NCBI GenBank assembly: GCA_046296715.1 | Contig: JBKBIN010000008.1 | Coordinates: 637 to 64,636 of the forward strand | DNA: 64,000 nt | Direction: 5' to 3' | DNA from: Candidatus Ratteibacteria bacterium | GTDB taxonomy: Bacteria > Ratteibacteria > UBA8468 > B48-G9 > JAFGKM01 | In this document: positions 18,291-28,149 of the stretch, piece by piece | How the letters are laid out: each line of letters begins with the position of its first letter | Numbering within the stretch: position 1 is the first letter of the stretch | Translations under genes and position numbers: made by a program | Notes under the pieces: generated by a model | Seen by the model: the letters and a program-made list of their open reading frames with translations, nothing else | The model's database searches: none | Told to the model about the DNA's origin: nothing

Positions 18291-19619
18291 ATGGCTTTAA
18301 AACCGCTTGATATATTTAAATATCTTCCAAAAACAAACTGTAAAGAATGTGGATTTCCAACATGTCTTGCCTTTGCAATGCAAGTTGCGATAGGGAAAGC
18401 AGAACTTAGTAAATGCCCTTATGTTAGTGAAGAAGGGAAAAAACAATTGGCAGCAGAAAGTGCTCCTCCTATAAGGACAATAACTGTTGGGGATAAGGAA
18501 AAAGTAAATCTTGGTGGTGAAATAGTTTTATATAGACACGAGAAGACATTTTATAATCCACCAGGAATTGGTGTTTTAATTAGAGAAGATATGAGCGATG
18601 AAGAAATTGATAATGAAATAAAGAATTTAACTGAATTTAAATATGAAAGAGTTGGCTTAATATTAAAAGGAGAATTTATTGGAATTGAAGATAAAAATTA
18701 TGGGAAATTTTTAAATATTGTTGAAAGGTCTTTAAATACAGGGAAAAATTTAATTCTTATAAGTGATAATATTGAAAATCTAAAAAAAGCCATTGATATT
18801 TGTAAAGATATTAGACCCATTATCTTTTCTAAAAATATTTCTGATGCCTTAATTGAATTGGTTAAAGGAAATAATTTGCCAATCATTGTAAGCGGAAACT
18901 CTTTTGAAGAAATAGTAAAGAATGTTGAAGAAATACAGAATAAAGGAATTGAAGATATTATAATCTATCCAGAAAATAAAAATATTTTGGAACTATTTAA
19001 AATCGTTATTTGCATAAGAAGAGGAGCAATTTTAAAAAGAATGAAAAATGCTGGTTTCCCTATTTTGATTATCCCTAAATTTTTAACTGATGATTATTTG
19101 AAAGAAGGTATTTATGCAGGTGTATTTGTTGCTAAATATGGAAGTATTATTTTACTTTCAAAAATTAAAGGAGAAGTTCTTTTTCCACTTTTGGTTGAAA
19201 GGTTAAATATTTATACAGACCCACAGAGACCAATGACAACTCCTGAAGGAACTTATGAGATAGGAAAGCCAGATGAAAATTCACCTGTCTTTGTTACAAC
19301 TAATTTTTCACTTACATATTTTATTGTTTCAGGTGAAATAGAAAATTCAAAGGTTCCTTCTTATCTTCTAATTCAAGATACAGAAGGTCTTTCTGTTTTG
19401 ACCGCATGGGCTGCTGATAAATTTAATGCTGAAACAATTGCTAATCTTGTTAAAAAGACAAAGATTGGAGAGAGATTGAATAAAAAAGTTTTAATTATTC
19501 CAGGTGTTGTCGCTCAGATTTATGGTGAATTGGAAGAGGCATTGCCTGAATGGAAGATTGTTTTGGGTCCAAGAGAAGCAGCACATATACCTTCTTTTTT
19601 AAAAAATGTTGAAATTTAA
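18291..19619 (+). CDS. acsC: Corrinoid iron-sulfur protein large subunit (CdhE/AcsC)
   Basis: LPKTNCKECGFPTCLAFA..CP, YRHEKTF, NIYTDPQRP, TTNFSLTYF, GLSVLTAWAA, GPREA. Confidence 0.96.
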   Translation: MALKPLDIFKYLPKTNCKECGFPTCLAFAMQVAIGKAELSKCPYVSEEGKKQLAAESAPPIRTITVGDKEKVNLGGEIVLYRHEKTFYNPPGIGVLIREDMSDEEIDNEIKNLTEFKYERVGLILKGEFIGIEDKNYGKFLNIVERSLNTGKNLILISDNIENLKKAIDICKDIRPIIFSKNISDALIELVKGNNLPIIVSGNSFEEIVKNVEEIQNKGIEDIIIYPENKNILELFKIVICIRRGAILKRMKNAGFPILIIPKFLTDDYLKEGIYAGVFVAKYGSIILLSKIKGEVLFPLLVERLNIYTDPQRPMTTPEGTYEIGKPDENSPVFVTTNFSLTYFIVSGEIENSKVPSYLLIQDTEGLSVLTAWAADKFNAETIANLVKKTKIGERLNKKVLIIPGVVAQIYGELEEALPEWKIVLGPREAAHIPSFLKNVEI

Positions 19620-19632
19620 ATGGGAGGATGAA

Positions 19633-20508
19633 ATGATATTGATAGGTGAAAATATAAATATTATGAATAAAAAGATTAAAGAAGCAATGCTAAACAGGAA
19701 AAAAGAGGTAATACAAAAAATTGCAATTGATAGTAAAAATAATGGTATGCACTATCTTGATTTAAATATTGGGCCTGCAAGAAAAGATGGTCCATTTTTA
19801 ATTGAGTGGTTAATTAAGATAATTAGGGAGGTTTGTGATTTGCCTTTGTCTATTGATACAACAAATGTAGAGGCATTAAAAGTTGGACTTGAAATGGAAG
19901 GAGAAAAAGCAATAATAAATTCAATTCAGGGAGTTGAAGAGAGGATGGAAGAGTTATTACCACTTGTTAAGAAATATAACTGTAAATTTATTGGATTACT
20001 ACTCGGTAAGGAAGGTATGCCAAGAGATGAAAATGAAAGAGGTGCTATCGCTGCAAATTTTCTTGCAAAAATTGATGAATATGAAATTTCTCATGATAAG
20101 GTTTATTTTGATCCAATTGTCTTGCCTGTCAGATTTCAACAGGAACAAGTTGTTGCAACACTTGAATTTATGAAAATGTTTAAGGAACTTTTTCCTGATT
20201 GTAATTCAACATGTGGTTTATCAAATGTTTCAAATGGTGCTTTAAATGAATTAAGAGGACTTTTAAATAGAACCTATCTTGTAATGTTGTGGAAGTATGG
20301 TATGGATAGTGCAATTGTTGATGCATATGATAAGGAATTAGTTTCTATTGTAAATCAAGAAAAAGAAGATATAAAAAATTTAATATGGAAAGCAATGGAT
20401 GGTGAAGTAGATATTTCTGCTCTATCAGAACAAGAGAAAAATTATGTAAAGACAGTTTATGTTTTGCAAGGCAAATCTATATATTCAGATTCATATTTGA
20501 AATTGTGA
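19633..20508 (+). CDS. acsE: Methyl-THF:corrinoid/Fe-S protein methyltransferase
   Basis: LIGENIN, LDLNIG, LSIDTTN, IINS, FDP, CGLSNVSNG, LNRTYL; SD GGGAGG before 19633. Confidence 0.9.
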   Translation: MILIGENINIMNKKIKEAMLNRKKEVIQKIAIDSKNNGMHYLDLNIGPARKDGPFLIEWLIKIIREVCDLPLSIDTTNVEALKVGLEMEGEKAIINSIQGVEERMEELLPLVKKYNCKFIGLLLGKEGMPRDENERGAIAANFLAKIDEYEISHDKVYFDPIVLPVRFQQEQVVATLEFMKMFKELFPDCNSTCGLSNVSNGALNELRGLLNRTYLVMLWKYGMDSAIVDAYDKELVSIVNQEKEDIKNLIWKAMDGEVDISALSEQEKNYVKTVYVLQGKSIYSDSYLKL

Positions 20509-20509
20509 A

Positions 20510-21043
20510 ATGGAAAACTCATATATAGATGTTTTAAATAATGCATGGAAACAAGTTTTAGAAAAATTGGAAAACAAAAAGGTGAAAATTATATATTTTG
20601 GGAAAGAGATAGAAGTTGATTTAAATCTAAAAAAGTTTAATCATCTATTGGAAACAAAAGAAAAAATTTTGATTTTACATTATTTATTGAGAAAGCCAGA
20701 ACATAATTTTTTAAACGACAAGATTATTAATTTTAAAGAACTAAAAGAAGGTTCTTTTTATTTTCCATCAATATATTCAAGAGTGCATTTACCATTGATT
20801 GAAAAATATGGTAAAAATCCTGAAAAATTTTTAGAAAGTGCTATTTCCTTAGGGGGGCAGAAGATTTCGGATTTTAAAATTAAAATTAATGTTTTTCCAG
20901 AAGTTTATTATATTTTAGAATTAATTCCTGAAGATGAAGAGTTCCCAGCCGATATAAAGATTTTCTTTAACAAAAAAGCAAGTGAAATTTTTGAAATAGA
21001 AGACCTTACAATCATTGGAGAAATAATAGTTTCAAAAATGTAA
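20510..21043 (+). CDS. DUF3786 family protein
   Basis: ILILHYL, FKELKEG..Y, DEEFPA, EDL; typical neighbour of acs genes. Confidence 0.75.
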   Translation: MENSYIDVLNNAWKQVLEKLENKKVKIIYFGKEIEVDLNLKKFNHLLETKEKILILHYLLRKPEHNFLNDKIINFKELKEGSFYFPSIYSRVHLPLIEKYGKNPEKFLESAISLGGQKISDFKIKINVFPEVYYILELIPEDEEFPADIKIFFNKKASEIFEIEDLTIIGEIIVSKM

Positions 21044-21045
21044 TT

Positions 21046-22407
21046 ATGGAACTTTTTAATTCTAAAAAAGAAAAAAAGAGTGAAAATCTGCCTCTTCCAA
21101 TAAGAGTTAGACCTGAAAATCTTGAAGATTTTGTTGGACAAGACCATTTACTTGGAAAAGATAAACCATTGAGGAAAATAATTGAGAGTGACAGAATTCC
21201 ATCAATGGTTTTTTATGGACCACCAGGATGTGGTAAGACAGCACTTGCCACAATTATAGCCAATATGACAAAGAAAAAATTTGTTTCTTTAAATGCAGTT
21301 ACATCTACTACTTCTGATGTAAGAGATGTTTTGAAAGAGGCAAGAGAATTGTTAAAAATGGAAGGCAAAGGCACTATTTTATTTCTTGATGAAATCTCAC
21401 ATTTTAATAAACTTCAACAGGATGCATTACTTAAGGATGTTGAGGAGGGAACAATAATTTTAATTTGCGCAACTATTCACAACCCTTATTTTTATATTAA
21501 TACACCTCTACTTTCAAGATGTCTTGTATTTGAATTTAAACCATTAAGTGAAGAAGAAATAAAAAAAATTATTGAAAGAGCATTAAAAGATAAAAGAGGA
21601 CTTGGAAATTATAGGATAAAAATAACGAAAGAAGCGATTGATTATATTTGTAAAAAAAGTCAAGGAGATGCAAGGAAAGCATTAAACACTCTTGAATTTT
21701 GTGCATTGACTTCAGAAATTGAAAAAGATGGTTATATTTTAATCAATGTCAATAAAGTTAAGGATTCTTTGGATAAGTATTTTATTTATGATAGAAAAGA
21801 AGATGCTCATTATGATACAATTTCAGCATTTATAAAAAGTATGAGAGGTTCAGATCCTGATAGTGCCTTATATTATCTTGCCAGGATGATTTTAAGTGGT
21901 GAGGACCCAAGATTTATAGCAAGAAGAATGTTAATATTTGCTTCAGAAGATATAGGGAATGCAGACCCTCAGGCACTTGTTATTGCAAATTCATGTTATC
22001 AGGCAATTGAGGTTGTTGGTATGCCAGAAGCAAGAATTATTCTTGCTCAGACAGTTATATATCTTTCAACTTGTCCAAAATCTAATTCCTCATATCTTGC
22101 AATTGAAAATGCGATTAGAGAAGTAGAAAATGAAAGAGTTGAAGAAGTTCCAGACCATCTTAAAGGGACAGGATATAAAGGAGCAGAAGAACTTGGTAGA
22201 GGTATAGGTTATAAATATCCACATGATTATCAAGGTCATTATGTAGTTCAGAAATATAGAGAAAGTGAGAAAAAATTTTATTTTCCAACAGATATAGGTT
22301 ATGAAAGTAAAATAAAAAAGTTTCTTGAAGAGATTGAAAGAATAAAAAATGAATCAAAAGAAGATAGAGATAAGGCAGAAAATAAAGAAGATAAGAGAAC
22401 AACTTAA
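21046..22407 (+). CDS. rarA: Replication-associated recombination protein A
   Basis: RP..L.DFVGQ.H, GPPGCGKT, HYDTISAFIKSMRGSDPD, ASEDIGNADP, YKYPHD. Confidence 0.95.
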   Translation: MELFNSKKEKKSENLPLPIRVRPENLEDFVGQDHLLGKDKPLRKIIESDRIPSMVFYGPPGCGKTALATIIANMTKKKFVSLNAVTSTTSDVRDVLKEARELLKMEGKGTILFLDEISHFNKLQQDALLKDVEEGTIILICATIHNPYFYINTPLLSRCLVFEFKPLSEEEIKKIIERALKDKRGLGNYRIKITKEAIDYICKKSQGDARKALNTLEFCALTSEIEKDGYILINVNKVKDSLDKYFIYDRKEDAHYDTISAFIKSMRGSDPDSALYYLARMILSGEDPRFIARRMLIFASEDIGNADPQALVIANSCYQAIEVVGMPEARIILAQTVIYLSTCPKSNSSYLAIENAIREVENERVEEVPDHLKGTGYKGAEELGRGIGYKYPHDYQGHYVVQKYRESEKKFYFPTDIGYESKIKKFLEEIERIKNESKEDRDKAENKEDKRTT

Positions 22408-22906
22408 ACCAGAAATATGGGAAGAGAAAAGTTTAAAAATTCAGAAAAAATTTCTTTCAACAGATTATTATATAAACTCAAAAGTTATTTTTACATATTT
22501 TCATTTTGATAGGGAAGTTAAAACAGACCTAATTATAAAAAAAAGTTTAGAAGATGAAAAAGTCGTTTGCCTGCCTTATATCGATTGGGGAAAAAAAATA
22601 ATTATACCTTCTGAAATTAAAAGTTTAAAAGAGATAATTGAAATTAAGGGAATTCCTAATCCTAAATATTTAAAACAAGTAAAGAACATAGATCTGGTGA
22701 TTGTTCCAGGTGTTGTATTTGATATTTATAAGAATAGAATTGGAATGGGTGGAGGATTTTATGATAGGTATTTAAAAGAAATTTCTGGGAAAATTTTAAA
22801 GATTGCACTTGCTTTTGAATTTCAAGTCATAAATGAAAAACTTCCAACAAACGAAAAAGACGAAAAAGTTGACCTAATAATAACCGAAGAAAGAATAATT
22901 ACTTAA
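22349..22906 (+). CDS. 5-formyltetrahydrofolate cyclo-ligase
   Basis: IDLVIVPGVVFD, RIGMGGGFYDRYL. Confidence 0.93.
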   Translation: MNQKKIEIRQKIKKIREQLKPEIWEEKSLKIQKKFLSTDYYINSKVIFTYFHFDREVKTDLIIKKSLEDEKVVCLPYIDWGKKIIIPSEIKSLKEIIEIKGIPNPKYLKQVKNIDLVIVPGVVFDIYKNRIGMGGGFYDRYLKEISGKILKIALAFEFQVINEKLPTNEKDEKVDLIITEERIIT

Positions 22907-22908
22907 TA

Positions 22909-23682
22909 TTATTTTTGGCTTCCTGATATTATATCAAGAGGATGTTTAACAATTAATTCTTTTTGTGAAAAATAAGGATTATCAGGACTTGTTCCTTCTG
23001 GACCAATTCTTTTTATTGTTAATTTTACAGGAAGTTTTATTTTATATGGTTTTAATTTTGGCAGCATTTTTATTGCTTTTTTTGCCCCTTCTTTAAGTAA
23101 AATTTTTGTTTCATCAGGAGATAATAAAATTGCTGCTTCTCTACTTATTCCTTTTTTAACTGCAACTGTTGGTAAATCTTTTCCAAGTAAATCTTTTGCT
23201 TCTCTACAAGTTGCTTCATCTCCTGTTACAAGTATAACGGGAACATTATAATAACCTGCTATTACTGCTGATTGAAAAATTTCTCCTCTTTCAATTCCAT
23301 TATAGAAATATTTTAATTCTGCTAATGAGCTCTGTGTGTGATGTAAGACACCATCAGGTGTCCCATTCATAGCATGATATCCGAGTAAAATTATTCCATC
23401 AAATGTTTGATCAAGTCCATATAAAATATCTGGTCTTGGATATCCTGTAATATATTTAACTCCTTTAACCATTAATTCAGGTATAAAATTATTTCCTCTA
23501 TCATGACCATCAAGAACATAAATTTCATTAACTCCTGCTTCTTTTAAACCTTCTACAACTGCTGCTATATCTCCCATTAAAAGTTTCATTGCTTCATAAA
23601 ATTCATCGCCTCTTTCTCTTGTTTGTTTAAATTTAAATACTCCTGTTGCTCCTTCAAGGTCTGTTGCTATATATATTTTCAT
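22909..23682 (-). CDS. M55 family D-aminopeptidase (DppA-like)
   Basis: IYIATDLEG, DGH, LGYHA, GVLHHT, LVTGD. Confidence 0.88.
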   Translation of the reverse strand: MKIYIATDLEGATGVFKFKQTRERGDEFYEAMKLLMGDIAAVVEGLKEAGVNEIYVLDGHDRGNNFIPELMVKGVKYITGYPRPDILYGLDQTFDGIILLGYHAMNGTPDGVLHHTQSSLAELKYFYNGIERGEIFQSAVIAGYYNVPVILVTGDEATCREAKDLLGKDLPTVAVKKGISREAAILLSPDETKILLKEGAKKAIKMLPKLKPYKIKLPVKLTIKRIGPEGTSPDNPYFSQKELIVKHPLDIISGSQK

Positions 23683-23816
23683 TTTTCACCTCCTATTTTT
23701 TTAACTCCAATTAAATTATAATCTTTTAACTATCAACCCTCAAAGGCAACTTTTTGTGGAAACTGTAATTCAAAATTTTTTTATTTAAATCTATAATAAT
23801 TATTGGGAGTATAAAA

Positions 23817-24038
23817 ATGTTAATAAAGGTTAAAGTTTTTCCTGAAAGTAAAAAGGTAGAAATAATTAAAAAGGCAGAGGATAGATTTGAAATAAAAATA
23901 AAAGCAAAACCAGAGAAAGGAGTGGCAAATAAAGAAGTGATGAAGGTTTTATCTGAATATTTCAAAACTTCAGAAACAAAAATAAGATTGATTAAAGGAC
24001 ATACACAAAGAAATAAAATTTTTGAAATACTGAAATAA
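23817..24038 (+). CDS. DUF167 (YggU/UPF0235) protein
   Basis: IKVKV.P, P..G.AN..V, G...R.K. Confidence 0.85.
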   Translation: MLIKVKVFPESKKVEIIKKAEDRFEIKIKAKPEKGVANKEVMKVLSEYFKTSETKIRLIKGHTQRNKIFEILK

Positions 24039-24041
24039 AGT

Positions 24042-24941
24042 TTAAATAGATTCAAGTGTTTTTATTGCCTCTCTTATTTTTGCAAGGACATCTTTAATCT
24101 TCTCTCTTTTTTCTATTTCATATAAATAAGGAAGGGCTTTTTTATCTCCTATTTTTTCAATCGCTTCTACAACTTTTTTTCTCACTGTCCATTCATCATC
24201 ATTTAACATCTTTATCAATAAATCAATTGCTTCTTTATATCTTATTTTCCCTAAACTTTCAGCTGATGCTTCTCTTATTTCATAATTGATATCATTAAGA
24301 TTCTTTATTATTGCTGGTCCTGCTTCTTTATCTCCAATATCTCCAAGTGCTTTTATTATTATCAATTTTATATCCTTATCTTCTGTTTTTTCTAATAAAT
24401 TTATCAATCTTTTTACAAGATTTTTTCCAATTTTTCCAATTGTTTCACCTATTAAAATTTTAATATCAGAAGGTTTATTTTTTGCTTTACTTATAAGAAT
24501 TTCAAAAGTACTTTCATCTTCTAATTCTCCAATCGCTGTAATTGCTGCTTTTTGAACATTTCTATTTTTGTCGTCTATAAGTTTCAATAACTTACCAGTT
24601 GCTTTTTTATCTTTTAATCTGCCAAGAGCAAAGCAAGTTGCATATCTTACTTCCCAATTTTCATCTTCAAGTTTATTAATCAAAATATCTACACAAGATT
24701 TTTCACCAATAATTCCAAGTGCTTCTATAACTTTTACTCTCACATGCCAATCAGGATCATCAACTTTTTTTATTAAATAGGGAACTGCTTCTTTTATTTT
24801 ATATTTTCCAAGGATTTCTGCTGATTTCCATCTTATATATGGGTCATCTCTATAATTTAAAAGTTTTATAAGTCCTTTAAAATTACCAGTTTTTTCGTAT
24901 TCAACTGGATCAGGTTTTGAAATTCTAAATAGTCCTGTCAT
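24042..24941 (-). CDS. HEAT/PBS-lyase repeat protein
   Basis: Repeated D..W.VR..A..ALG.IG units. Confidence 0.88.
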   Translation of the reverse strand: MTGLFRISKPDPVEYEKTGNFKGLIKLLNYRDDPYIRWKSAEILGKYKIKEAVPYLIKKVDDPDWHVRVKVIEALGIIGEKSCVDILINKLEDENWEVRYATCFALGRLKDKKATGKLLKLIDDKNRNVQKAAITAIGELEDESTFEILISKAKNKPSDIKILIGETIGKIGKNLVKRLINLLEKTEDKDIKLIIIKALGDIGDKEAGPAIIKNLNDINYEIREASAESLGKIRYKEAIDLLIKMLNDDEWTVRKKVVEAIEKIGDKKALPYLYEIEKREKIKDVLAKIREAIKTLESI

Positions 24942-26038
24942 TGTAATTTCATCCAGAATTCATAAATTTCTTCAATTTTTTCGTTTTCTTTTATAGAAGG
25001 AATAAATATTAAATTTTTCCCTTCACAAATTTCATAAACTCTTTTTAAATAATCTTTCCAATTTTCATTTTTTTCTCTTGGTATTGTGCCTAAGTAAACT
25101 TTATTTCTTTCATTAAGTTTTTTAAAAACACATTTAAAATCATATTTTTCAGGATTTCCAAAGTTAATACCACTTAATTCAGGAATTTCACATAACATAT
25201 TGAGTAAATATTCTGCTTTACCACAGAAATGAACCCAACCACCTCCAAAATGTTTTAAACATATTTGAGTATAAATTAAAACTATTTCAATATGTTTTGG
25301 AGAAAGTAAAGTTGTTGAATCTTCACATATCCTTATCCCTCCTTTATCAATATAATAAAAACCACTATGATAACTTCTTTCAAAATCTTCGCCAATCATT
25401 TGTTTTAATCTTTCTGTTACTTTTATATAGACAAAGGTAGAGATTTCAAGTATAAATTTGAAAAAATCTAAATCATCATAAATATCTGTAAAAATTTCAT
25501 TACCTCTTAAAAGATGTGCAATATCAAATGGTCCTTGAGTATCTGGCAAATAAATTTTTATCTCATCTGGTAAATATTTTTTATAAACATTATAATATTC
25601 TTTTACTTTTTGCATAAGACCCATATTTTCAATCTTTTCAAAATCATCAAACTTAAATTTTTTTATTTCTTCTTTAGATAGATGTTTTTTAAGCCATGGC
25701 ATTTTGTCTTCAAATATTTCAGATTCAAGTCCAAAAATAGTAGGAATAAAACCAGTTCCAAAGTTAAATCTTACTGAGGGAACAGTATCTGAATATTCTG
25801 AAACTGTATTTGATATTCCTTTTAACTGCATATATAACATTTTTTCAGGGTTATAAAATGACTCTTTTAAGTTAAAATCAGGGAAATTTTTAATCTCTTC
25901 ATCTTTTTTGCTTAAAATAATCGGGATATATGTCTTTTCATTTTTCCAAACATTGCTTTGTATTTCTTTATTTTTTTTAATTTTCTCTTTATTTTCTGCA
26001 ATCTTATCAACCAACCTTTTAATTTTTTCCTCTATCAT
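24938..26038 (-). CDS. URO-D/MtaA-superfamily TIM-barrel protein
   Basis: [31 protein letters not shown]. Confidence 0.7.
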   Translation of the reverse strand: MIEEKIKRLVDKIAENKEKIKKNKEIQSNVWKNEKTYIPIILSKKDEEIKNFPDFNLKESFYNPEKMLYMQLKGISNTVSEYSDTVPSVRFNFGTGFIPTIFGLESEIFEDKMPWLKKHLSKEEIKKFKFDDFEKIENMGLMQKVKEYYNVYKKYLPDEIKIYLPDTQGPFDIAHLLRGNEIFTDIYDDLDFFKFILEISTFVYIKVTERLKQMIGEDFERSYHSGFYYIDKGGIRICEDSTTLLSPKHIEIVLIYTQICLKHFGGGWVHFCGKAEYLLNMLCEIPELSGINFGNPEKYDFKCVFKKLNERNKVYLGTIPREKNENWKDYLKRVYEICEGKNLIFIPSIKENEKIEEIYEFWMKLQ

Positions 26039-28038
26039 TTTTCTTCCTTCAATTTTTTTATTTTATCTCTATAATAAATTGCTGTCTCAAAATCAAGTGC
26101 TTTTGCTGCTGCCATCATCTTTCTTTCAAGATTTCTAATTATCTTTACAAGGTCTTTTCCATAATATTCTTCTTCTTTTATCTTTTCTTCTTTTTCTTTA
26201 ATTTTACTTTTCCCTCCAAGGATTTCAACTAAACTTTTATATATTGGTTTTTCTATAGATTTTGGAGTTATGTTATGAATTCTATTATATTCCATCTGTA
26301 TTTTCCTTCTTCTTTCTGTCTCTTCTATTGCAGACCTCATAGCATCTGTTATTCTATCAGCATACATAATTACTTCTCCATCTACACTTCTTGCAGCTCT
26401 TCCTGATATTTGTATTAAAGCAGTTTCACTTCTTAAAAATCCTTCTTTATCTGCATCTAAAATTGCAACAAGGGAAACCTCAGGTAAATCAAGCCCTTCT
26501 CTTAATAAATTTATTCCAACAAGTACATCAAATTTTGCTTCTCTTAATCCTTTTAGAATTTCAACTCTTTCAAGTGTATCTATTTCATAATGTATATACT
26601 GAACTTTTATATTGAAATCCTTTAAATAATCGGCTATCTCTTCTGCAAGGTGTTTACTGATTGTTATTACAAGAACTCTTTGGTTTTTCCTGACTCTCTC
26701 TTTTATTCGTGCTATAAGATCATTTATCTGGTCTTTAGTCGGTTTAACTATTATTGGTGGATCAACAAGTCCTGTTGGTCTTATTATCTGTTCAGCAATT
26801 AAAGGAGATGGTTGTCCAATTCTTTCAACTCCAGCTTTTTTTAATTCATATTTTCCAGGTGTGGCAGAAACATATATTACCTGGTTTACCATTTTTTCAA
26901 ATTCATCAAATTTTAAAGGTCTATTATCAAGAGCAGAAGGTAATCTAAATCCAAATTCTACAAGTGTTTCTTTCCTGGATTTATCTCCAAAGTACATCCC
27001 TCTTATTTGAGGAATAGTAACATGGGATTCGTCAATAAATATTAAATAATCATCTGGAAAATAATCAAGTAAAACTTCTGGCCTTTCTCCAGGTAACCTT
27101 CCAGAAAGATGTCTACTATAATTTTCTATTCCATGACAATAACCAACTTCTGATAACATCTCAAGGTCGTAATTTGTTCTCATTTCAAGCCGTTCTGCTT
27201 CAAGAAATTTATTATTCTTTTTAAAATATTCAACTCTTTCTTCCAATTCCTTTTTTATTGATTCAATTGCTCTTTGAAGTTTATCTTTTGGAGTTACAAA
27301 GTGTTTTGCTGGGTAAATATAGATCTCTTCATCCTCACATATCACATTTCCTGTTAATGGTTCAAATCTTTGTAATTTAACAACTCTATCCCCTACCAAC
27401 CATATCCTTACTCCAATTTCTTCATAAGATGGTATTATCTCTATAGTATTACCTCTTACTCTAAACTTTCCCCTTGTTAAATCAAAATCGTTTCTTTCAT
27501 ATTGAATTTCAATTAATCTTTCAAGAATATATCTTCTGTTTATTATCTGATTTTTTGATAAATGTAACATCATTGCCTTATGGTCTTCAGGACTTCCGAT
27601 AGGATAAATACAGGAAACACTTGCTACTATAATTACATCTCTTGCAGATAAAATTGCACTCGTCGCAGCCAAACGTAATCTATCAATATCTTCATTAATA
27701 GAAGCGTCCTTTTCAATATAAGTATCTGTTTCTGGTATATATGCCTCTGGTTGATAATAATCGTAATAACTTACAAAATACCTCACTTTATTTTCTGGGA
27801 AAAATTCTCTGAATTCACTATATAATTGTGCAGCAAGTGTTTTGTTATGAGAAATTACAAGGGTTGGTTTATTTATCTGTGCAATTACATTTGCCATTGT
27901 AAATGTTTTTCCACTCCCTGTTACTCCAAGTAAAATTTGATGTTTTTCCCCTTTTTCTAAATTTTTAACAAGTTTTTCAATTGCTTTTGGTTGGTCTCCT
28001 GATGGTTTAAAGTTTGATACAAGTTTAAATCTATCCAT
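26035..28038 (-). CDS. uvrB: Excinuclease ABC subunit B
   Basis: [44 protein letters not shown]-terminal UVR domain. Confidence 0.98.
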   Translation of the reverse strand: MDRFKLVSNFKPSGDQPKAIEKLVKNLEKGEKHQILLGVTGSGKTFTMANVIAQINKPTLVISHNKTLAAQLYSEFREFFPENKVRYFVSYYDYYQPEAYIPETDTYIEKDASINEDIDRLRLAATSAILSARDVIIVASVSCIYPIGSPEDHKAMMLHLSKNQIINRRYILERLIEIQYERNDFDLTRGKFRVRGNTIEIIPSYEEIGVRIWLVGDRVVKLQRFEPLTGNVICEDEEIYIYPAKHFVTPKDKLQRAIESIKKELEERVEYFKKNNKFLEAERLEMRTNYDLEMLSEVGYCHGIENYSRHLSGRLPGERPEVLLDYFPDDYLIFIDESHVTIPQIRGMYFGDKSRKETLVEFGFRLPSALDNRPLKFDEFEKMVNQVIYVSATPGKYELKKAGVERIGQPSPLIAEQIIRPTGLVDPPIIVKPTKDQINDLIARIKERVRKNQRVLVITISKHLAEEIADYLKDFNIKVQYIHYEIDTLERVEILKGLREAKFDVLVGINLLREGLDLPEVSLVAILDADKEGFLRSETALIQISGRAARSVDGEVIMYADRITDAMRSAIEETERRRKIQMEYNRIHNITPKSIEKPIYKSLVEILGGKSKIKEKEEKIKEEEYYGKDLVKIIRNLERKMMAAAKALDFETAIYYRDKIKKLKEEK

Positions 28039-28149
28039 TTCTTTCTATTATACCTTAAAAAATTGAGAGTTGTTATCATACCATATAAATGTTAAAATTT
28101 AAAGAAAAAAGGAGATAAATATGGGGCAGAAGAAAGATTTGTAAAAAGA

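Noticed and set aside
22300-22349. 6S RNA upstream of the 5-formyl-THF cyclo-ligase gene
   Set aside because: The gene overlaps rarA, leaving no intergenic space.
23700-23770. Short words shared with the repeat tail (TTAATTGGAG, GTTGATAG, AGTTGCCTT on the minus strand), or a riboswitch
   Set aside because: The words are in a different order, the hairpin core is missing and no aptamer consensus is recognisable; the region reads as divergent promoters.
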